Shown here: in pieces, positions 45,805 through 57,058 of the stretch | Layout of the letters: every line of letters begins with the position of its first letter | Position numbering within the stretch: the stretch's first letter is position 1 | Assembly: GCA_048013815.1 (NCBI GenBank) | Contig: CM106585.1 | Coordinates: 19,096,001 to 19,160,000, forward strand | From: Setoptus koraiensis | Lineage: Eukaryota > Animalia > Arthropoda | Direction: 5' to 3' | Length of the DNA stretch: 64,000 nucleotides | Position numbers and translations under genes: made by a program | Notes under the pieces: model-generated | The model's database searches: none | Seen by the model: only the letters and a program-made list of their open reading frames with translations | What the model was told of the DNA's origin: nothing

Positions 45805-47680
45805 GCTATGACGGCTTGCAAAAGACGCTCCGTTGAATGATTGCAAATATCTGCCCCTGATGCGGCTCGAAAAATGTTTTTTCATCAATCAAGCGCGATA
45901 TAACGATTAATCGAACTGTTATAATAGTTGCGTTTATCGTATTGAACCAGCAATATTCCGAAATTTCGTTTACTTGTACGCAAATGCTAGCATGTTTTGT
46001 CGCATAGCCAAACATCTCAATGCCCGACACTTGAGCACCTCGTTCGGCATTTTCTCAAGATCTGAATTGGCATTGAGAAATTTTTCTAGATATGTCGCTG
46101 AAAATGTCTCGCAAGGGTGACAGTCACATCAATCACCACGTTGCCCGACAATTTTCGCTCAAATTTGTGACTCGATCATCATTAGAGAGAAGATTTGTCA
46201 AACGTGACAGGCCAGAAAACCAGGTGCCTGGTTCTGAGTGAATCGCTGCTAACAAGCACTCATAAACCTTAATGACTGCACTTGGCAGACATCACTTCAA
46301 ATGGACCATATAATTTATAGCAAACAAAAGATGTCATGAGTGTTACAAATTGGTACGTGACTGTGATTGCATGGATGTAACGATTTACTTAGGAGGGGCC
46401 CACAAGATTTTGACCCAGTTGTGTCTATTGTTTTGCCACTAGATCGGTTTTTCATCGAGGCATCCGTAAGGCACAATAATCACCGTAGATCAGCCGTTTG
46501 GTCACAACGTGACAGATTTGCTGAGACCAGCAAGCCCAAATAACCGTATCTATGCTCTATTTATAGTTTGCTGAATCGCCCTTCAAAGATTGAACGGCCA
46601 TTTCATCACGAGATTAGATTATACAATAAAACATATTAATTAAAACAGTTGTTTGTTGGTTCGGTTGATTTTGTATGTTCGAAAGGCCGAGAATATTGGC
46701 TTGTCGAATGGAAACGAACATAGAATGATGATAACTGAAACACAAACGGCAAACAATAGATAAGGTAGTATCATTTTCTTTTCGCAGCGATCTCACAGTA
46801 TACTATTGACCCATATTGCGACCAACATACGCGTTAAATTCACATTTAATTCAAGAAAAAGGACAACAAAGGCAAGAGAAAGTTTGCTCAGACACGCAAC
46901 GTACTGTATACCTTGGTACATTGGGTCAAACATCCATTGTTTGACAGCAATTACATCGCAATTGTGTGTATATTTTTGTGGTGACATGGTCACGGTCACT
47001 GTTATAACCGGCATGGTACTAGATGCGACTAGATTAGTGACACAGGTAACGGGTATCAGAAACGGGTGATTTATCTCGTATGGTGCAGTTCATTTAATCG
47101 TTCGATTCTGTCTGGCATGCCACAAAATATACAGACACACAATCATGTAGCAAATAGACGTGGGTGCCCGTTATATTGCCCGTTATATTGGTTACATTGG
47201 CGGCAAACAAGTGCACAAGTGGACCGTTCTTCCGCCTACACTTTTGCTTGGGGCACACAGATCAGATTGGACACGATCTGATAAGACGAGACGGCGACGA
47301 TTGCGTGCAATTCATTTTTTTTTTTCGTTTGTTTGTCTGCACTTGCGGGCACTAACAATTGCACGATGACGATTTTTTGCAAAATGCCATGTGGTTGTCT
47401 TGTGAAGCTTGTTGTTTAAAGTGGCTACGACAGCACAGTTTGTTGACCCTCTGGAGGATCGCTCATTTATCTTCGCAGTCGATCAAATGAGACGAGCTAC
47501 CGAAATAGATTTTCAAAAATTAACGCTCAAAAGCCCCAGCCTAACTGGTGGCATGCCAATCCATAAACTCACAACTGCCCCATTTCCGGTTGCCACCAGA
47601 TCTGACTGATCTTTTGTTTTGGTAAATAAAGACGGTGCGGATCGAAGAAATATTTTCACCCGATCCCTGAATACGATAAT

Positions 47681-48096
47681 TAGGGAGAACAGAATTGGTA
47701 ACTAACCGAAATTGTTCCGGTTATGGATAGCTAGATAAATCTCCAGAGTGTTATTTGTTTCTATCGGATAAACGGAATTTCGGTCTTTTCTGTCTCAAAA
47801 ACCGCAAAACATGTTTCGTTTTCGTGAATTCTCGGCAGGTGAAGGGGTGTCCTCCCACAGAGAGCTGCCACCTCCACATCCCTTTCTTAAACCTGGAGAG
47901 TCTTCTTCAGGGCTTTTTCTCTTCTGATCACTAACTTTGACTCGAAAAAACCGGAAAATCCGAAAAAAACCGGAAAAACCGGAAAATCCAAAAAATCCGG
48001 AAAATCCGAAAAATTTGAAAAAACCGAAAAATCCCACGTTTGAATTGTATAGAAATCGAATTTGAGTAGTTTCAACCACCGATTCTGTTTTGTCCA
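47681..48096. mobile_element. Non-autonomous hAT-like element (MITE), 416 bp, with an 8-bp TSD
   Basis: TIR TAGGGAGAACAGAATTGGT matches the reverse complement of the 3' end, TGGACAAAACAGAATCGGT, at 14/19. The exact direct repeat ACGATAAT flanks it at 47673-47680 and 48097-48104. It contains an internal CCG(G/A)AAA array. Confidence 0.8.
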
Positions 48097-51000
48097 ACGA
48101 TAATAAGAACGATAAAATGTGCCCCCGGCAGCTCCATTGAACGTATCGATCACGGCCAATCTATTGAGCAGCAACTTTATAGCCACTTAATTAAAATCTA
48201 TCGCGCCATCGCTGTGCGCTAACTAACTGTATATGTGTGCTAACTATGTACTAACATTACTAACATTAATCCCATTTTGCCTGTTCTTGCCCAACGCCGA
48301 AATGAAAAACTAACTCAACTATCAACTAACAAATTGTGAATGGTCAATTCATCTTCACTTAGGCCCATAGTTGCGCTAATTAGATAATTAATTAAAGACC
48401 GTCAGGCGTGCGCGTGTTGTTGTTGTGTTGTGTTGTGGTGGTGACGTTGACCAACATTGACCGATGAACATTGCGCGACATTTGGGCTCTCCGATGCGCA
48501 AATCTCTACTGATGCATTAGTTAATTGTCTAGTGAGCGTAACAACCGTAACGTGGCCATCGACATCAATGATAATCGCACACACAAAACAATGATAACAA
48601 CATGCACTCATTGTAGTGGCGGTCGTATGACAACCGGGGGGTCACTCCATTTGACAGCAGCAGCAGCAGCAAGCTAAACAAATAGCCAAATAGCTAAAAG
48701 AGACAGCAAGCAGCGGACGTCCGACACACAGTGCAGAGAGGAAGAGAGAGAGAGAGTTATATAACACACAACCAGTTAACAGCACAATAATAGATTGACA
48801 CTTGACTAATGAAGCAACCACGACGACGGCACCACCACCCAAAGGAGCAGCAGCTTGACAGTCGCGGGCCTCCCGCCCGGCCCGATGCTACTGGCGCCCC
48901 AACTAACGGTGAGCTACGCCCGCTTGCGGCGGCCCGATCGCCCGTTTGCCTGTTGTGTCGCCTGTTTTCAATTTGGCAGCGGGCTCTTTGTTTATATTAC
49001 TAATATATTTATACAAAGCGCTCAAGAGCAAAAGTTATGTATAGATTGTGTGTGTGTTTAGAGAGATGTGACTGGATATGTGGGCGCCTCTTGTATTCAT
49101 TTATTCGCATGCACGACACACGCCAACAAAAGGGGCCCTCGGCGCCAGCGACACCATCGACAGCAACAACAGGCGCCAAGTCGACAACAACAATGAGCAA
49201 GTGGCCGTGCGCGCCACTTAAATTGAGACCATTCATGCAACCACTCACTGTTTGCTCTTACGTAACCACTGACCGCAGTAATGGCATTATGTTTTCATGA
49301 TCCCGCCGACGCACACGAGCCGGCCCGCGCCCTGCCTAGCGCGTCCAATGTTGCGAGCCCGTGGCCGTTAGCGCTTCATCAAATGGCTGACATTGTCAAC
49401 AGTATTGTATTGGTAGTATTTACTATTGAGGGCATCGCGCGCGCGTCGATCGAGAGTAGCCCGGGTTAATTGCATGCGCACATTGCGAGAATTAAGTTGC
49501 CGCTTGATCTCGTTACACTACAACGGTTATAACGGAATGGAAACGAATTAGAGCGATTAGAGGGGGGGGGCAAACAGCAAAAACAACAACAATTGACGGA
49601 CAGCTTGACACACTTGGGCGCGGCCGCTCTGTCGGGCTCCGTTGGCTGGCGGGGGAGGGGGCCGCGCGCGTTAAAATAAAAACAAAATGTTGTCAGGGGC
49701 GCAATGAAGCGTCGCTAATGTAACGCTTGTCACCAGGTGATGTGTGTGCAAGCCGGCTAACGGGTTACCCGTTACAAGTTACAAGTCGACAGGAAACGGG
49801 CCTGGCGGCGAGCGAGAACAGCATCAAGTGAGCATGCAAATATGCAATATAAATAAACTGTAAAAAAGTAAAAAGTAACTCTTGTTCAACTTTGACCCGA
49901 GCCAAGCCGCCGCGGCACGTACGTGGCGCGTTTGCACGCGTTGCACGCGCTACACGGCACGCATTTAACCCGACATCACATCACATCAAACACGACAAAT
50001 GACGCAATACGACCACTAACTTACTTACCTGTACAATGTTGTTTCACAGCGTTGCCTCACAGACAGTGTCTACAAGTGACGACAGTTCATCATAAATTCA
50101 CATTGTGCCGACAGCCAGTCGCTGGCGCGACGGCCAATTGACGGCAGCGCCCCCAGCGCTCGTGCACGCCGGCGGGCGGCTCGCTGCAAGCCGACGTGCA
50201 AATTGCAATTTGCAAATGGCAAGCGGCGACCATTTGCCGCCGACAACAGCCATTTGGCCGTTTAAACCGGCCCGCAAACAGGCCCGTGCCGCAGCAACGG
50301 CCGAAACACAATCCGGCCCGCACAAACACAAACAATATCGAGTGTTTCGGCCTTCACTAACCACTAAAACTGGCGCTGGCAGCGCATCACCGAACGTCGA
50401 TCTGGCCGGCGCGCCCCAAGCCAGATATATTTTTGCTCATTGGCTCTTACAGGGCTCATTGCAACAACGGGCCAGCCAATGAGCGCAATGAGCGGCGACC
50501 AAATAAATATCAATACCAGTACACAGCACATGTATAATATAACAATGTGTGTAACGTGTTTGCGCTTATTGGGGCCCCGACACTGCGCGCCAAGTGGCCC
50601 CATCAGCGGCCCCATTAGAGCTGGCACTCGTTGTCGAGTTGGCCCAGTTGGCTCAACGTATATATAAATACACATGTGACAGCGCGACAACGGCGTCCCG
50701 CAAACGGATATAGATTGTGTTTCGTGGTGCGCAGGTTCGCGCTGGGAGGGGCCCCGGCAGCGCGTTGCCGAGTCAACTGGTTTGGTGGCGTCGTCAGCAC
50801 CAGTTGACTGGGATAAACTCCAGCGAACTCGGGTAAGCAGCCGCAAACATGCGACGATAGCGGGGCCCAACGGTCAATCACTTAGTCGTTTTGATGTTTT
50901 GTTGCCATGTTGTTGACTTCCGCACCCCGTGCTATTCCGTGCTATTCCGTGCCGCGCCGTTCCGTGTCGCGTCGCAACAATGCAACCGGCATGCAAACAT

Positions 51001-54000
51001 GCACACAACATTTTGTTTTATGCGGCCGTTGTGTCGGCGTCGAGCGCGACAGCGGCGCTAGGCGCACACAATGCGCGCCTAGCGACGTTCGCGACTTCGC
51101 CTCAATGCGAAGTTCTCATTCAGCCGCACACACACAGAAATCGTTAATGTGCGTTATTACTGTTGTTGTCGGCGGCGCCAGTCGACACTTGCTGGCCAAC
51201 AACAGCGACACCAACGGCGACGACAGGCCCCAAATTGCCAAATTGCTATATAGCCACACATACGCTTGGCTGTATAGCTATATGTGATGCTGTATAGCTA
51301 AATGTGGTGCCATATAGCGCCGTTGCGTCGCGCTGACGATGCAGACTGGCTGCGCGACGGGCCGGCTGGCCCCGCTCACCGCGCCGTGCCAAGACCGCTG
51401 CATGTTGAGGCCGCTGCATGTTGAGGCCGCTGCATGTCGAGACCGCTAACAGCGCTATATGGCGACACTGCCGCTATTTGTTAGCTCACCGCTCGCGCCA
51501 ACTGGCTGCGCCGTGCGACCGGGGCGACTAGGGCGACAGGCCGACGGGCGACGGGGCCGACGGGCGAGGGGCGACGGGGCATGCTTGCGGGGGGCGGGGT
51601 GAAGGGCCGGCGATGCAGTCAATTGGGGGCCCCCGTCGCATAGCCAACTGTGCCCACTGTGCCCACTGCGCCTAGGACTAGGAATAATCGAGGACGGAAT
51701 TAGTTTCAGGCGGACAAGTGGCGCTGAATACTCCACTTGTGCGGCCCGTTTCCTATGCCAACAACAACAGCTACGTTTGCGCCGACAACCGACAAGTAGT
51801 TCGGCTGGCCCCGTTGGCTGGCTCCGTTGGCTGGCTCGCTGGGGGCCCCACTGGGCGCAGCGGCGACGACAGCGAGCGGCGCCACATCGGCAGCAAGCGA
51901 ACACAAAAATGAGAGCGCACACGATTGTTCAAGAATACACATATATATAGATATATGTGTCTATGAGTGCATATATTTCTCTGTTTATATATAACGATAT
52001 ATAAAAATATATGCGTGAACGACCCACGACTGATAGACGGACTGAGAAAATAATTTAACGACGAGACGACGCCGACGCCGACCAACACCAACCAAGACAA
52101 GAGACAAGACGAGAGACAGCGAGATCAAATGTCGCGTTGCCTTGATTAACAATACACTAATCAGTCAGTTTATTGTCGCCTTACGAGCGCACCTTACCGA
52201 GTTAGTTTGACACTAGCAATTGGCGCCACTATCCAATGTTTTTATGTCTATGCGTCTATGTGCGCACGTTTATTGTGTTTGGTCAAGCAAACAAACGGCC
52301 TTGCCAAAGTAGTTGTGGGCCCATTAATTGAGCATCACGTATCGCGCCATTGCGAGCGCGCCAACACCGCCAACAACTGAACAACAACAGCACGCCAATT
52401 GCGTCTGTCATTAGCCTAGCACTACTAACTGTAAACTGACCAACCGAACACAACACCGGCCGAACAGGTGAGCGAGGTGATAATATTGCAGCAGGTTCTC
52501 GCCGCCAGGGTGACGCCTCGTTGACTTTTATCGAAACGCTTGTCAGTTGTCATTTCGCGCCGCGCGTTACCCTAAGCGCCAGAGAAAAGTCTCGGCAATT
52601 CGAACACACACAATAATCAGCGGATGAGAATCTCGCCCAGCAGCCGTCCCAGCCGAAAAAGAACACAAAACAAATAGTGTAAAGTGAACAAAGCGAGCCA
52701 AGTTTTCGTCTCGGATCCTCACATTGAACAGTCACATTGAACAGTCACATTGAACGGTCATTTTACAGTCACTTTACAGTCATTTTACAGTCGTTTTACA
52801 GCCATTTTACAGTCTGTTGAATTATCCGAAATTAAAATTATCCGATCAACGCCGATAACATGACAGAAACTGAGCACCAATTGACATACCGCGGCCATAT
52901 ATCAGCAGTCACATCACCAGTTGTGTCAATATTGAGCATGTGCGTTGTGTCAATCACTGACTAGTCAAGTGTGTTGCTAGCAGTGTGACAAAAGCAAGCG
53001 GAGGTCAATTTTCGTTAGAACCAGAAACAACACCACGTTTAGCCGTGGCCCTCAGGTGAGTAGAAGTGGCCGCGCCGTGTCGAACGCAACGCAACGCAAC
53101 GGATAAGCGATTAAAGCGATCGCAGCCTCGGCGTCGTGGGGCTCGAAATTGTGGCTGCAAGATTGTGGCAGAGATACGATTTTTTTCGTTCGATTCACTC
53201 TGAAATAGATAGCTAATCAACAGGTGATTCACTTTGCATTGAAACCGATGAGGGCACAATATTTCAGACAGCCGTAATTACGGGCTCAACGAGAGAGAGA
53301 GAGAGAGCCAGCCCTTTTGCGACACATCAGAAACGTCAGCGCCAGAGACGAGTCGCTGCCGACAACCAGAATACAATTTGCAACAAAACAATATCTCGGC
53401 CGAGCTGATGATGCAATAGCGTGCAAAGACCTTCTGTTTTCGAAGCTCACTAGTCGAGCATTGTTGCAGCGGGCATAGTGCTCGCACTGGCGATCCGGTT
53501 GCGTTGAACCATTGAGTCACGCTGACAATTTGCATGGCCTCGGGCCGCGAATCGAACCGCTGGAAATTGGATACACATAATGAGATGATTTTGCATAATT
53601 GTCATCTCGCTAATGTTATGCATGATTTACGCACGAGGCCCCGGTGTTCATGTTCAATCATGTATGCATGCTATCGCATGGTAAGGCAATTAAAAACACG
53701 AAATTGTCATTAGTTTGGGCCATGCTCGCTGCCGGCACCGGTGGAATGGTCTGTAAAGAAAGGATTCCGCTGATGTGAGGCCAGACCAATTCGTGTGACT
53801 GCTTCGGATGATGTAATTGTCGGCGAGATTATTATGATAATTTTGATGACTCAATTGTCGGTCCACCGTATCAACGGTGAACGCACGAGAATAGCTGAGC
53901 AAAACAACTGCACAGTGATATCAGTTTACCTAATCATTGAGCAGAAAGCGAGCGAAACAACGATTACGCAAGAGAGGCGATTTCGGCGTTTGGCCCACGC

Positions 54001-54913
54001 CCAAATCTAATGGTTGATTGGCCTCAAACTATATAGTGTCTTCGTGACCTGTGTGTGTGTGTGTGCGTTGCGATTTATCCGAATAATGGATGGGAAAGAG
54101 GCCCGATCCAGTTGTGGCTTGCGAGGCTAACAAGAAAAAAGGCATGTCGACAATTTATTTTCTGTTCTGTTTTGTTCGGCTGAATACTCAGGTTACTTAA
54201 TTATGAAACGATGCAAGAGGGACTAATCTGACAAAAACGGCGCTTCCTCTTTCGGTCGGCTGACGAAAAAAAAAAAAAATACTCACTCGCCGCTGACCAG
54301 CAAACCAAATCAATGCGCCGACCTCTCTCATTGACAGCGCCTCTCATGTGGCGTGTGTGTGTGTGTGCATTTGGGCGAAAACAAAAAAGAGAAAGAGAAA
54401 TTGATCCAGCTGGGCCGTTACGTATGAGCCTGATGTTGTCAAGATAAAACTGCCGTGCAAAAATGGATGCGAATTCGACCAGTCAGTTATTGTCGGCATA
54501 TTCAGATAGGCGCGTTAGTTGAATCAATATTGCCATCGCGCGGATCAGCCGAACCAATAGCGGCCCCAAAATAGTCGGATCTGGGGGGCTTAATAAAGCA
54601 TAAACAGAAAAGCTGCCTATAGTTAACGTAGTGGCTTTACCCTATGTTCACGGGCTCGGCTCAGGGGGTTCGCGCGCGCCTCTGGCCAGTGACGATGAAT
54701 GCCCGCATCAGGGCCATCATTAGGGTGGGTCCCACTCGGCCGGCCCATACAACGGCACGGTAGTTGATAGTGGTAACATTGTTGTGATCGTCCAATAATA
54801 ATAAGCTAATAAGTTTGGGATATTTATGTGCCCGATTGGCCGTGTGCTACAGAGCCGCTGACGGAAAACCCGTACAGCCCGACTGAAATGCCTTTGCCCG
54901 GTTTGATCAATTA

Positions 54914-54941
54914 CATGCAGCGTGGGGCCCACGCTGCATGG
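54914..54941. repeat. Perfect 28-bp palindrome centred on GGGGCCCC
   Basis: CATGCAGCGTGGGGCCCCACGCTGCATG is its own reverse complement. Confidence 0.95.
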
Positions 54942-55030
54942 CGTTTTTGGGGGATTGAATCCATCGATTCGGATCTATTGTCTGTCGCTTTTTTGCGCTT
55001 GCCAATAGCTCCAACTACAGCCGACAACGG

Positions 55031-55064
<34 letters not shown>

Positions 55065-56159
55065 CAATTTAAGCCCCGCAAGCCGCTGAAACGAAGCCCG
55101 AAAATGAGCATGATGATGCGCGTGCAATTGGCCATGATACACTGAAACAAGTCGCTGAGACTATTAGCCCGTAATGTTCACTATGCTGGCTAACCTTACG
55201 GTATGGTCTATATGATAATAGGGATAAAATTTAACGCAATAGTTGCTGCAAATTGAGTTAAAGCAAAACAGTACAGTTATAGTCAGTTATAGTTGTTGGC
55301 TTGTAGACGAATGTGTAAAACAGGGTGAAAAGTGCCAGCGAAAAGGTATAATCGCGCGCGCATCACTCAAGAGGGGCCCCAAAAAACAGCCAGCCAGCCG
55401 ACGGCGATTAGGTACAGACCGTACGTGGGAGTAGATACGTAAGAGTAGACAGTAAACACACCGACACAAACAAGCAACTATCTATATTTCAACGCAGATC
55501 CGACGCCAAATCACTGAAAGTGCACCTAAGCGCCTATCAAGTTGATAGTATCAACAGCAGCAACAACGCTGAATCCATTAAGCAGCTATATTGTAGCCGC
55601 GTGAGAGTGGGCGCCCGTCAAAATTGCGTATAGTCCCGCGCGAAGTCTGTGAGGTTCACACTGATAGATAGTTCAACAAGCTGAAAGAAAAAAAAAATAA
55701 AACAAAAAAAAAGAAGAACCTCGCCTGACATTTACAAAACGGCCTCACTAGTCGACAATAAGGCACCCATTTGATTATGACGATTATTAGCCCAACTAAT
55801 GAACTGAATTGAAGCTACATTCAGACCAATCAATAGAGCGATCAGAGTGACGTTCGAGTCAATTTAAAGTCAATTGTTTATCGGTAATGCAATTGTAATT
55901 TAATTTATTTAATTCAATTGAATTGAGTAAATAGTGTCGACCAGTAATCAAAAGCAAACACCAGATAATCTCTCGATTGCTGTTCGAGAGGGCGCTGCGT
56001 GCCGCACGACAACAATCGGCTTGTTGACAACAAATGAGAGAAAAGCTTTGAAAAAAAAAAGTGAGAAGGATTAAATGAGCAAATGAATGCCATGAATAAA
56101 TTGAATGACAACAATGCAACTAACATTAATCTTCCCTTCGTTCTTTTCACCCATGCACT

Positions 56160-56806
56160 TTGAATTGCGCCAACAACTTGCCGCCATTCAACCGAACAAC
56201 AATTATAACTTCGAATTGCGATCAAACAACAACAACAACAACCGAAACCGGAACTTCTTTCGCGAATAACAACCGCATAAAAAAAAATTATAATAAACAG
56301 ATCCGAGATTCATTTTACGATCTGCTTGAATTACGCCAATTAGAGGCTGGGGAGCGTTATGCCAGGTCGGCGTCGTCCTCCCATCACCACCACTATTCCC
56401 GTCACTCGTCATCTAGAAGCCATAAATCATTTCGTCGGGCGGCCTCATCCACTAGCCAGTATCGTCAGTATTCGTCGGCACTTTACAACACCAACAACCC
56501 GTCGTCGTCGTTACATAACAATGGCTCTAGATTATTTGGCAGCAGCTCAACAACGCAGCAGCCGTCAGCAGCAACGTCCAATAACAACAATACCCAACAG
56601 CAGCAACATGGTGGCGACCATCATGGCCGACCTTTTGGTTGTACTCCTCGGCCCTCAAGTGAAGTTTCGAGGACCTCGTTATTGGGTAGACCAGTTAGAA
56701 TAGAGACCCATTATAGAGATTTACGTTATAGGAAGAAGCAGAATTTGATATATAATTTTTTGGAGAGACCACGCGGTTGGAAGCCGGCAGTTTACCACTT
56801 TTTATT
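56160..56806 (+). CDS. KCNQ: KCNQ (Kv7) potassium channel, N-terminal cytoplasmic exon ending at the start of S1; 5' boundary uncertain
   Basis: SLLGRP...RDLRYRKKQNLIYNFLERPRGWKPAVYH matches the KCNQ pre-S1 signature (Q..(L/I)YN(F/V)LERPRG...YH). Donor TT|GTAAGT at 56807. The frame has no in-frame ATG. Confidence 0.85.
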
Positions 56807-57002
56807 GTAAGTTAAAACGCCCGAAAACTTTATTTGCCCTTATGCACACTGAGCAAAAAACCCATTCTTCTTGACTTTATAATAACTAACCGGGCGAAAA
56901 AACGCCCGGCACAACACACTATTTAACTTGTCCGAACAGCAAGTGCGATGTGTGATGGCTGCCATTTCCAGAGAGGCCTCTTTTCTTTTTTGAAACGTTT
57001 TT

Positions 57003-57058
57003 TTTTTCGGAAAGGTTCTTTTTCGGAAATGTTCTTTTTCGGAAATGTTGTTTTTCGA
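57003..57058. repeat. 16-bp minisatellite (TTTTTCGGAAA(T/G)GTT(C/G)), about 3.5 copies, in the KCNQ intron
   Basis: Read directly. Confidence 0.85.

Noticed and set aside
38000-56000. Numerous 60-170-aa ORFs, and a search for tRNA, rRNA or snRNA genes
   Set aside because: The ORFs are low-complexity or microsatellite-driven with no recognisable motifs. I recognised no structural RNA gene anywhere in the window.
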